From Patescibacteria group bacterium (GTDB lineage: Bacteria; Patescibacteriota; Saccharimonadia; Saccharimonadales; JAUPVS01), in assembly GCA_030916945.1 (NCBI GenBank), contig JAUPVS010000001.1:2138-66137 (forward strand): DNA of 64,000 nt, given 5' to 3'. Each line of letters starts with the position of its first letter. The first letter of the stretch is position 1. Shown here in pieces: positions 53,827-61,994 of this stretch. A model generated the notes under the pieces. It did not search any database, had not been told where the DNA came from, and was given only the letters and a program-made list of their open reading frames with translations. A program made the position numbers and the translations under genes.

Positions 53827-55077
53827 ATGGTTAAGCCGATCTTTCCAAAATCCTTTTACTGGGGCGCCAGCACGGCTGGGCACCAGGTCGAAGGTGGTCT
53901 GCACGATGACTGGACGGTGTGGGAACTGGCTCACGCCAAGGAACTAGCCGGCACCGCCCCCAAGCGCCTGAATTGGCTGCCCAACTGGGACGACATCAAG
54001 TCGCAAGCCACCGAACCCGACAACTATGTGTCCGGCAAGGGCGTCGACCACTACAACCGCTACAAAGAAGATTTTGACTTGTTGGAAGACATGAACATGA
54101 ATGCCTTTCGGTTTAGCATCGAATGGGCCCGCTTGGAGACCGAAGAAGGGGTGTGGGACGAAGACGCCGTGGCTCATTACCGCGACTATCTGGCCGAATT
54201 GCGTCGGCGCAAGATCGAACCGTTCTTAAATATTTGGCACTGGACGGTGCCGAACTGGTTTCAGGAGAAAGGTGCCTTTGCCAAGCGCACCAACCTCAAG
54301 TACTTTTTGAGATTCGTTCAAAAAATATCCGATGAGTATGGTGCCGATCTGGGCTACATCATTACCTTGAATGAGCCCAACGTCTACATGAGTCTCGGTT
54401 TTGTAACCGCCACCCGGCCGCCCCAAGAGAAGAACTTCTGGAAAGCCTTTACCAGTTATTGGAACCTACACTCGGCACACAAGCAATCTTATAAGTTACT
54501 CAAGAAGGCCCATCCGCACCTGCAGGTCGGCATTGCTGCCCAGCTGGGTAATATCCAGGCCAAGCGACCACACAATATTATTGATGAATCGGTGACTAAA
54601 GTGATGCGCTATGCCTGGAACTGGTGGTTCTTGCGCCGCACCCGCAACCAACAGGACTTCATCGGTATTAATTATTACTTTACCGATTACTACCAGCACT
54701 TTAAGCCCAACAACCCCAAGGTGCCGTTGAACGACTTGGGCTGGTACATGGAGCCAGAAGGGGTTTACCCGTTGTTGCTGCGAGCCTGGGCGCGCTATAA
54801 AAAGCCGATCTTTATTACCGAAAATGGCGTAGCTGACTCTCACGACCAATTCCGCCGTTGGTGGATCGAAGAAACGGTGGTGGCTATGGAACGGGCTCTG
54901 AGCGAAGGTGTTGACCTGCGCGGCTACTTCCACTGGAGCCTGTTGGACAACTTTGAATGGGAAGCTGGCTGGTGGCCCAAGTTTGGCCTAGTAGCGGTGG
55001 ATCGCAAAAATGGTATGAAGCGCAGTTTGCGCCCCAGCGCCAAGTGGTTTGGCGAACTTATCAAGCAATTACGCTAA
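53827..55077 (+). CDS. Glycoside hydrolase family 1 (beta-glucosidase-like)
   Basis: FYWGASTAGHQVEG, acid/base ITLNEPNVY, nucleophile IFITENGVAD, WSLLDNFEW. Confidence 0.9.
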   Translation: MVKPIFPKSFYWGASTAGHQVEGGLHDDWTVWELAHAKELAGTAPKRLNWLPNWDDIKSQATEPDNYVSGKGVDHYNRYKEDFDLLEDMNMNAFRFSIEWARLETEEGVWDEDAVAHYRDYLAELRRRKIEPFLNIWHWTVPNWFQEKGAFAKRTNLKYFLRFVQKISDEYGADLGYIITLNEPNVYMSLGFVTATRPPQEKNFWKAFTSYWNLHSAHKQSYKLLKKAHPHLQVGIAAQLGNIQAKRPHNIIDESVTKVMRYAWNWWFLRRTRNQQDFIGINYYFTDYYQHFKPNNPKVPLNDLGWYMEPEGVYPLLLRAWARYKKPIFITENGVADSHDQFRRWWIEETVVAMERALSEGVDLRGYFHWSLLDNFEWEAGWWPKFGLVAVDRKNGMKRSLRPSAKWFGELIKQLR

Positions 55078-55100
55078 CTCCTTTAGCTCAGCCAATATTA

Positions 55101-55129
55101 TTGACAAATAACAAAGCTTATGCTAGTAT
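55101..55129 (+). promoter_or_regulatory. Consensus sigma70 promoter of the LysM-like gene
   Basis: TTGACA (55101-55106), 17-nt spacer, TGcTAGTAT (TAGTAT 55124-55129), 7 nt upstream of ATG 55137. Confidence 0.7.
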
Positions 55130-55136
55130 GTTGGGT

Positions 55137-55535
55137 ATGATCGCCTCACACGAAAACTCAGTCGAAACCGCCAAACAACCTAGCTCACGCGTCAGTGAAG
55201 ACGTTCGCCGTGGTCGCAAAGTCTGGAACGCAGTCTTGCTGGCTAGTGCAGTAGCAGCCGCTACTGGAGGTGTTGCCAGCCGAGTAGGTGAGATTAACGA
55301 GTCTCGCCAAACCGAAATTCCTACTGTCGAAGAAGTTCAAGACAACCCCGATGCTTTTGTGGAACGAACCGTTAAGCCGGGTGACAGCTTTGATGGCATA
55401 GCCATGGAATATACACCGAACGGCCACGACTACAAAGCTGGTGCCTATAACTTAGACAGCCAGATTGACGGCAATCTAATGGCCGGCGACAAAGTTATGG
55501 TGCCGCCAACAACTACACCTCCTGCCGAAAGATAA
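55137..55535 (+). CDS. Membrane-anchored LysM-like domain protein
   Basis: TM (VWNAVLLASAVAAATGGVA) then TVKPGDSFDGIAMEY...GDKVMVP LysM-like pattern. The upstream part of ORF 54957..55535 overlaps the GH1 gene and is rejected. Confidence 0.65.
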   Translation: MIASHENSVETAKQPSSRVSEDVRRGRKVWNAVLLASAVAAATGGVASRVGEINESRQTEIPTVEEVQDNPDAFVERTVKPGDSFDGIAMEYTPNGHDYKAGAYNLDSQIDGNLMAGDKVMVPPTTTPPAER

Positions 55536-55554
55536 TTCCGTAAACCGGGCTTAG

Positions 55555-55583
55555 ACACCACACCTAGTGTGGTGTTTTTGTTT
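55555..55583 (+). terminator. Intrinsic terminator
   Basis: acaccacac (55555-55563) / gtgtggtgt (55567-55575) followed by ttttgttt. Confidence 0.8.
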
Positions 55584-55640
55584 GATGACACAACTGTGGA
55601 TAACTTTAGGCACTTTACCTATAAAAGGGGAGGAAAGGGC

Positions 55641-55694
55641 TTGCGTGTGGGTAAGGGTGGGTAGTATATTCAGGTCAGTGGGTAAAAGTGGGTA
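55641..55694 (+). promoter_or_regulatory. mraZ promoter with four GTGGGTA direct repeats (MraZ-box array)
   Basis: GTGGGTA at 55647, 55657, 55678 and 55688 (offsets 0/10/31/41). TAGTAT -10 at 55662-55667; TTGCGT at 55641-55646. Confidence 0.65.
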
Positions 55695-55769
55695 GCCAAA
55701 AAGATGGCTATCGCTCCACAAAACAAACACACAATTTACGTTCAACGTTCAGGTAAAAGAGGAACCACG

Positions 55770-56120
55770 GTGGATTATTTCGAAAGGAAACTTGATGACA
55801 AGCGGAGGCTGACTATTCCAGCCGAATTGCGTCACGAGTTTTTAACCGGAGTAGTCATTACCCAAGGTTTCCAGAAGTATCTGCACCTGTACCCTAAAAA
55901 GGTATGGGATGAAGAAGTTGAACCGCAACTCCAAGGTAATATCCTGGATGAGCGAACCGCCGATCTGAACGTGCAGTTCAGGATGGGAAAGTGTGATAAC
56001 GAGCTCGATCAAAAGCAGGGCCGCATCACGCTTGAACAGCATTTACTGGACTACGCTGGGATTACCCAGAAAGTAGTGGCAGTCCGGGCCGGCAAGTATT
56101 GGCGTTTGAAAGCAGCCTAA
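55770..56120 (+). CDS. mraZ: Transcriptional regulator MraZ
   Basis: Two SpoVT/AbrB-like halves (LDDKRRLTIPAELR and LDQKQGRITLEQHLLDYAGI). GTG 55770 follows an AAGAGGA SD and gives a typical N-terminus. An alternative ATG lies at 55704. Confidence 0.8.
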   Translation: MDYFERKLDDKRRLTIPAELRHEFLTGVVITQGFQKYLHLYPKKVWDEEVEPQLQGNILDERTADLNVQFRMGKCDNELDQKQGRITLEQHLLDYAGITQKVVAVRAGKYWRLKAA

Positions 56121-56187
56121 GCGGCCGCTGTTCAGTTCTTTAACAAATAGCATTCATACAACATCGAGCCATAAGTCTCGAGGTTAG

Positions 56188-56401
56188 CTAATTGGTAATC
56201 AGCAGTGATCCGGGATTCACTCAAATAAATCCTCGCACCTTTATCAAAACACCTCCCAAAACTCCACCTCACACATAAGTCTCTCTCAAAACGGTTATTT
56301 AGAAGAAGTACGTAGGGCAACCTACACCACACGTCTTTCAAATAACAGCTACAAAAACAAAAACGTTCCAAACAAAAAACAAAAAGCTGATTACCAATTA
56401 G
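56188..56401. repeat. Perfect 16-bp inverted repeat bracketing a 182-nt G-poor segment
   Basis: ctaattggtaatcagc (56188-56203) and gctgattaccaattag (56386-56401). The interior has about 19 G in 182 nt by my count. Confidence 0.8.
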
Positions 56402-56439
56402 GTGACCTTGTTAACAACAAACACCAAAACAAAAACAAA

Positions 56440-57321
56440 ATGGTAGACGATCCAAACAACCAAGAACATATACCCGTCTTGTTAGACGCGGTGCTGCAGT
56501 ATCTGGCCCCACAGGCCGGTGACAGCTACGTAGATATGACCGCCGGTTACGGTGGGCATGCTACAGCCGTGTTAGAAAAAACGGGCAACCCAGCAGGGAT
56601 GTGCTTGGTCGATCGCGACAGCCAGGCTATCGCCGCCTTAGAGCCACTGGTTAAACAGGGTGCCAAGGTAATCCACAGCGATTTTCTGCAGGCCAGTCAA
56701 CAACTGGCCGACGCTGACGAACAGTACGACATGGTACTGGCCGATCTGGGAGTATCGTCTCCGCACCTTAACATCACTAGTCGCGGCTTTAGCTTTGTCA
56801 ACGAAGCAGCCTTAGACATGCGCATGGATCAAAGCCAAGCCTTGTCAGCTGCTGACGTCGTCAACAGCTATAGCGAAGTTGAGCTGGCCGACATCCTGTG
56901 GCGCTTTGGGGAAGAACCCAAATCGCGTCAGATTGCCCGGTTGATTGTGCAGAACCGACCGTTCCGCACCACCACCGAGCTCGCCAAGGTTGTCGCCAAG
57001 GCCTGGCCGGGCCACAGTAAGGTTCATCCGGCAACGCGCAGTTTTCAGGCTATTCGGATCGTCGTTAATGACGAACTGAACTTGCTGGAACAGGCGTTAC
57101 CACTGTGGATAGACCTGCTTAAGCCAGGAGGCCGATTGGCCGTCATCAGTTTTCATAGCCTAGAGGATCGCGTTGTTAAGCGCACTCTGGCCGAATACGC
57201 TGAAGGCTACGAAGCTCGAATTGAGTTGCTTACCAAGAAGCCGGTAAGTGGCAGCGACGCCGAAATTGTTATTAATCCGCGCGCCCGGAGTGCAAAACTC
57301 CGAGCCGCAGTGAAAAAATAA
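56440..57321 (+). CDS. rsmH: 16S rRNA (cytosine1402-N4)-methyltransferase RsmH
   Basis: HIPVLL, DMTAGYGGH, DLGVSSPHL, ISFHSLEDR motifs. Confidence 0.95.
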   Translation: MVDDPNNQEHIPVLLDAVLQYLAPQAGDSYVDMTAGYGGHATAVLEKTGNPAGMCLVDRDSQAIAALEPLVKQGAKVIHSDFLQASQQLADADEQYDMVLADLGVSSPHLNITSRGFSFVNEAALDMRMDQSQALSAADVVNSYSEVELADILWRFGEEPKSRQIARLIVQNRPFRTTTELAKVVAKAWPGHSKVHPATRSFQAIRIVVNDELNLLEQALPLWIDLLKPGGRLAVISFHSLEDRVVKRTLAEYAEGYEARIELLTKKPVSGSDAEIVINPRARSAKLRAAVKK

Positions 57322-57414
57322 AAAAAGAAAGGGAAATACATGCCAATCCAGGTAAAAAGTAGCTCCCGAGCCTACAAAGTCCGCGTTAAAGTTCTTTAAC
57401 CGCACTGCGTAGAA

Positions 57415-57443
57415 GTGAGTCCCCGGTAAAACGGGGCACTCAC
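57415..57443 (+). other. GC hairpin in the rsmH-ftsL spacer
   Basis: gtgagtccccg / cggggcactcac (one bulged c), loop gtaaaa. No U-tract follows, so its terminator status is uncertain. Confidence 0.45.
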
Positions 57444-57519
57444 ATTAGAATTTAGTCATTAGGATTTAGAATTTCTAAGCACTAATATCGAAACACTAAA
57501 ATAAACAGAAAAAATAAAC

Positions 57520-57867
57520 ATGACATATTCCAGTACTTTGGCGACCAACCGACAGCGGTTTGGTCAACGCAACCAAAACAGCACTAGTTTTCAGCAGAAG
57601 GGCCGCACCATTGGTCCGGTTAGCAACACCATTATTTTGATTGTTTTGGCCTGTGTTTTGGGCTTGTTGTACCTGACCCAGGTAACTAAGACCAACGCCT
57701 ACGGTTATAAGATCAACAACCTGCAAGATCAGCAGTCGCAGTTGAAGGAAGAACACGACGACCTCGAAGTGGCCGCCGCTCGTTTGCAGGCCCTGGATCG
57801 TGTTCAGGCCAGCGAAGCCGCTAAGAACTTGGTTTCTGTGGCACCATCTGCTACCGTACAAAACTAG
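57520..57867 (+). CDS. ftsL: FtsL-like cell division protein
   Basis: 115 aa bitopic protein: basic N-terminus, one TM, coiled-coil (LQDQQSQLKEEHDDLEVAAARL); located between rsmH and ftsI. Confidence 0.6.
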   Translation: MTYSSTLATNRQRFGQRNQNSTSFQQKGRTIGPVSNTIILIVLACVLGLLYLTQVTKTNAYGYKINNLQDQQSQLKEEHDDLEVAAARLQALDRVQASEAAKNLVSVAPSATVQN

Positions 57868-57879
57868 ATCCTTTAGCCT

Positions 57880-59655
57880 ATGCATCCACGCAGCCCCATG
57901 CCTTCCACCGGTAGTAATCCTGCCGTGCAACGCTTACGTTTATGGTATAGCGTTTTTTTGCTTGTGGCGGCGGTTTTTATTGTGCGCTCCTTTTACCTAC
58001 AGGTCATTCGACACGACTACTATCGCCAGTTGGCCATGAACAGCCAACTAAAGGAATACCAGATTCCGGCCGAGCGCGGAGTGATTGCCGCTCATGATGG
58101 CGATACGGTAGTGCCGGTTGTCTTGAATCAAAAACTCTATACCTTATTTGCCGATCCTAAGTACATAAAAGACTCTTGGAAAGATGCCCACCAGATTGCT
58201 GACGCCATTGGTGGCGATGCCAGTTATTACGAGAAACAGATGAAGGTGAACAGCCGCTACTCAGTTCTAGCTAAAAAGCTCAATAAGGAACAGCGCGCCA
58301 AGGTAGAGAAGCTCAAGCTCAAAGGTGTTGGTACGCGCGAGACGACCTATCGGACTTATCCGCAGGGCCAATTAGCCGCTCAGCTGCTTGGTTTTGTGAA
58401 TGACGAAGGAGAAGGTAAGTATGGCCTAGAACAGGCCTTAGACAGCCAGCTGAAAGGTCAGGCGGGGGAATTGCGTGCCATCACCGACGCTCGCGGCATT
58501 CCGTTGGTAGCCAATAAAGACAACATAGTTAAAGAAGCCCAAGCTGGCAAGCGGGTGGTACTGACGATTGATATCGCCATGCAAAAACAGTTGGAGGATA
58601 ACCTGAAAGCTGGTTTGGAGCGGGCTAAGTCTAAGTCGGGTGACGCCATGATTATGGACCCTAATACTGGCGCCATCTTAGCCATGGCCAGTTTCCCAAC
58701 CTATAGCCCGGCCGATTTTTCTAAGGTCGAGGACGCCAACGTCTTTACTAATGCATCGGTTAGTTCAGCGCTAGAAGTTGGTTCTAGTATGAAGCCGCTA
58801 ACGGCGGCGGCGGCTTTGGATCAGGGCGTGGTTAAGCGCGAGACGACCTACTTTGACCCCAGTTTCTACGACATTGACGGCTACAAGATTACTAATATCG
58901 AAGAAGATGGTGGCGCCGGCACACGGTCGGTTTCTGACATTATTCAGCTGTCACTCAACACCGGTGCTACCTGGTTACTGATGCAAATGGGCGGCGGCCA
59001 GATTAACCAAAAGGCGCGCCAGACCTGGCACGGCTACATGGTTGATCGATATCAATTTGGTAAGCAAACCGGTATCGAGCAGGGTTACGAAACAGCCGGC
59101 ACAATCCCCGATCCGAATGACGGCTACGGCTTAAACTTGCAGTATGCCAACACCGCCTTTGGGCAGGGTATGACGGCCACGCCACTGCAGATGGCTGGCG
59201 CTCTGGCCAGTGTTGTTAACGGCGGAACCTACTACAAACCGCATCTGGTGGACGGCTACATGAACAAAGACAATCAGCTGGTTCAGCAAAAGCCCACGGT
59301 GGTAAAGGCCGGGGTGATTAAGCCGGAGGTTAGCCAAACCGTTAAAGAAATTATGCAGTACAGTTTTGAAAAGAATCATGTTGGCTACGGCATGCCGCGC
59401 TTGCCGGCCGGTTATAGTATTGGCGGTAAGACTGGAACTGCCCAGATAGCCAAACCGGGTGGCGGCTATTACGAGGACAAGTTCAATGGTACCTTTACCG
59501 GTTTTGTGGGTGGCGATAAGCCACAGTATATAATTGTTACCAGAGTTAATGAGCCCAAGATCCCTGGCTATGCCGGTTCTAAGGCGGCCGCACCGATGTT
59601 TGTTGATATGACCAACATGCTAATTAATAACTTTAACGTGACGCCAAAAAGCTAA
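57880..59655 (+). CDS. ftsI: Penicillin-binding protein 2x/3 type transpeptidase FtsI
   Basis: TM anchor, PBP dimerisation domain, SSMKP (SxxK), SLN (SxN), KTGT. Confidence 0.9.
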   Translation: MHPRSPMPSTGSNPAVQRLRLWYSVFLLVAAVFIVRSFYLQVIRHDYYRQLAMNSQLKEYQIPAERGVIAAHDGDTVVPVVLNQKLYTLFADPKYIKDSWKDAHQIADAIGGDASYYEKQMKVNSRYSVLAKKLNKEQRAKVEKLKLKGVGTRETTYRTYPQGQLAAQLLGFVNDEGEGKYGLEQALDSQLKGQAGELRAITDARGIPLVANKDNIVKEAQAGKRVVLTIDIAMQKQLEDNLKAGLERAKSKSGDAMIMDPNTGAILAMASFPTYSPADFSKVEDANVFTNASVSSALEVGSSMKPLTAAAALDQGVVKRETTYFDPSFYDIDGYKITNIEEDGGAGTRSVSDIIQLSLNTGATWLLMQMGGGQINQKARQTWHGYMVDRYQFGKQTGIEQGYETAGTIPDPNDGYGLNLQYANTAFGQGMTATPLQMAGALASVVNGGTYYKPHLVDGYMNKDNQLVQQKPTVVKAGVIKPEVSQTVKEIMQYSFEKNHVGYGMPRLPAGYSIGGKTGTAQIAKPGGGYYEDKFNGTFTGFVGGDKPQYIIVTRVNEPKIPGYAGSKAAAPMFVDMTNMLINNFNVTPKS

Positions 59656-59682
59656 TAAACAGGTATAATAGAAGGAATCCAA

Positions 59683-60723
59683 ATGAACTCCACAATCAAT
59701 CTCATCATCGACACCAACACGCTGGTACGCATCTTGTCCCTGGGCTTTCTAAGCTTCTTTATTAGCATGGCGATCACGCCGTTATACACCACCTTAGCTT
59801 ATAAAGGGCAGTGGTGGAAGAAGCCGCGCACCAAAACCGTTACCGGTGCACCGACCCCAATGCTGACCAAGCTGCACGGCGAAAAACACAAACGTTTGAT
59901 TCCGACCATGGCCGGCATTATCTTTGTGGTGGCCGTCGGCATTGTAACGGTGTTATTCAATCTCAGTCGGGGCGAAACTTGGCTTCCGTTGGCAGCCTTT
60001 TTGGGAGCCGGCTTTGTCGGCTTAATCGACGATATTATTAACGTCCGCGGTAGTGGCTTGGGTGTGGCCGGGCTACCTTCTAAATTAAAGCTACTACTGA
60101 TTACCTTAATTGCGCTGGTAGGCGGTCTATTCTTCCACTACAAACTTGATGTTTCTAGTATGCACATACCGGGCGGCGAGTTGCACTTGGGCTGGTTGAT
60201 CATCCCGTTATTCGTTTTAGTAGTGGTCGCAACTGCTAACGCTGTTAATATCACCGATGGACTAGATGGTCTAGCCGGTGGACTGTGTGCCATTGCTTTT
60301 GCAACTTACGCTATCATTGCGGTTCTGCAAGGACGTTTTGGGGTGGCTGGATTCTGTATGGCCATCGTCGGTGGATTGCTAAGTTACACCTGGTTTAATA
60401 TCTTTCCAGCCCGCTTCTTTATGGGTGATATCGGCTCGTTTTCGTTAGGAACGGCTTTGGGTGTAGTGGCGATGTTAACCGATACGGTTATTTTGTTGCC
60501 AATCATCGGTATTGTATTTGTGGCCGAGACCGGTTCGGTAATTTTGCAGCTGACCTCGAAAAAACTGCGTCATGGTAAAAAGATCTTTAAGATTTCTCCG
60601 GTGCACTTTCATTTTCAGGCCAGTGGTTGGCCCGAAGCCAAGGTGACCATGCGGTTCTGGATTATCGGCCAAGTAGCAGGCGTGGTGGGCTTAATCCTGT
60701 TTGTGGTCGGACAATGGCTATAG
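59683..60723 (+). CDS. mraY: Phospho-N-acetylmuramoyl-pentapeptide transferase MraY
   Basis: 10 TM; NAVNITDGLDGLA, MGDIGS, HHFE-like HFHF motif region. Confidence 0.9.
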   Translation: MNSTINLIIDTNTLVRILSLGFLSFFISMAITPLYTTLAYKGQWWKKPRTKTVTGAPTPMLTKLHGEKHKRLIPTMAGIIFVVAVGIVTVLFNLSRGETWLPLAAFLGAGFVGLIDDIINVRGSGLGVAGLPSKLKLLLITLIALVGGLFFHYKLDVSSMHIPGGELHLGWLIIPLFVLVVVATANAVNITDGLDGLAGGLCAIAFATYAIIAVLQGRFGVAGFCMAIVGGLLSYTWFNIFPARFFMGDIGSFSLGTALGVVAMLTDTVILLPIIGIVFVAETGSVILQLTSKKLRHGKKIFKISPVHFHFQASGWPEAKVTMRFWIIGQVAGVVGLILFVVGQWL

Positions 60724-61994
60724 GTAGCCTTAAGGCTCGTCAGCAGCCAACTGATCTAGATGGCCCCCGCCAACGGCGACACCGGCCTGACTATTGGTTG
60801 CTGTTGATTGCTACCGCCCTAATTGTGATCGGGCTGATCGTGCTCTATGCCATTAGCCCTGGACTAGCGATTCAAAAACAGGTGGGTGACAACTATTTTG
60901 TGAACAAGCAGATGATTGCGATTGCCCTGGGCATCGTAGCCTTTGTGGCCATGGCCAATATCCCGGTTAACTTTTGGCGCCACCTGCAACGACCGTTGTT
61001 AATTGCCGCTGCTTTGTCTGCCATAGCGGTGCGTCTATTTGGTGAGCGGGTCAATGGTGCCTATCGTTGGATCCAGGTTGGCGGGATGTCTTTTCAGGCC
61101 GCCGAACTAATTAAGTTTGCTCTGTTGATTTGGCTGGCCTGTTTCTTGGTAGAAAGAATCCAGGAAGGCAATCTGGGTGACGTTAAAAAAACGCTTCAGC
61201 CGCTAATTATAGCCATGGTGATCATTGGTTTGGTCGTCGGTAAGGTGCAGAGTGACTTTGGTTCGACCGCTGTTATGGTGGCGATGATCGGCTCGATGGC
61301 CTTTGTGGCTGGCATGCCGATGAAACGCGTTATGATGGTGGGCGCAATTGTCGCCATTGGCGGCCTGTTACTGATTGCTGGTAGTAGTTATCGGCGCGAC
61401 CGCCTAATGACCTTTATGCACCCCGAACAAGACTGCCAGAATGCCGGCTACCAAGTCTGCCAGGCGCTGATTACGGTTGGCTCGGGCGGCATGTTCGGCT
61501 TAGGTGTGGCTAACAGTGTGCAAGCCTATGGCTACTTGCCCGAGGCTGCCAACGACTCAATCTTTGCTATCCTGGCCGAGAAATTTGGCTTTATTGGTGT
61601 CACCGCGCTGGTGGCATTATTTGTGACTTTCTTTAGGAGGTTATTCCGTATTGCCGAACGGGCGCCTGATGACTACAGCCGTCTGCTGGTGGTGGGTATT
61701 TTGGCGTGGCTCAGCACCCAGGTGCTGATTAACGTCGGTGCCATGTTGGGTCTACTGCCACTGAAGGGCATCACACTGCCATTCATTAGCTACGGCGGTA
61801 CCAGCTTGGTATTTGTATTGGGAGCAGTTGGTTTAGTTTTCCAGATTTCGCGTTACACGGTATATCGAACGGCGGCGGTTAGCTCGCAGACTGGTCAAAC
61901 AACAAGGGAGGGAAGAGCCAATGAAAGTGCTCCTCACTGGCGGCGGAACGGGCGGGCACATAACCCCGCTGTTGGCCGTCGCTCACAAGCTTAA
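60714..61994 (+). CDS. ftsW: SEDS-family peptidoglycan polymerase FtsW
   Basis: Start ATG 60714 (10-nt overlap with mraY); RWIQVGGMSFQAAELIKF, LPEAANDSIFA, TLPFISYGGTS motifs. Confidence 0.85.
   Translation: MAIGSLKARQQPTDLDGPRQRRHRPDYWLLLIATALIVIGLIVLYAISPGLAIQKQVGDNYFVNKQMIAIALGIVAFVAMANIPVNFWRHLQRPLLIAAALSAIAVRLFGERVNGAYRWIQVGGMSFQAAELIKFALLIWLACFLVERIQEGNLGDVKKTLQPLIIAMVIIGLVVGKVQSDFGSTAVMVAMIGSMAFVAGMPMKRVMMVGAIVAIGGLLLIAGSSYRRDRLMTFMHPEQDCQNAGYQVCQALITVGSGGMFGLGVANSVQAYGYLPEAANDSIFAILAEKFGFIGVTALVALFVTFFRRLFRIAERAPDDYSRLLVVGILAWLSTQVLINVGAMLGLLPLKGITLPFISYGGTSLVFVLGAVGLVFQISRYTVYRTAAVSSQTGQTTREGRANESAPHWRRNGRAHNPAVGRRSQA

Noticed and set aside
54957-55136. Upstream in-frame extensions of several ORF-track entries (54957, 60627, 23986, 24713, 19440, 33649, 51923)
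   Set aside because: Each extension overlaps the 3' end of the preceding conserved gene. Each is displaced by an internal start that has a -10 box, an SD or a translational-coupling context and gives a family-typical N-terminus.
56132-56371. 79-aa Cys-rich ORF on the minus strand inside the mraZ-rsmH spacer
   Set aside because: Its G/T-rich codons are simply the complement of the CA-rich plus strand. It has no SD or promoter and is antisense within the dcw operon. I treat it as a compositional artefact, although expression data could revise this.
57340-57399. 19-codon basic sORF (MPIQVKSSSRAYKVRVKVL) after rsmH with an AAGGGA upstream
   Set aside because: It is too short to support from sequence alone, and I recognise no conserved family. 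It is mentioned only as something ribosome profiling could test.
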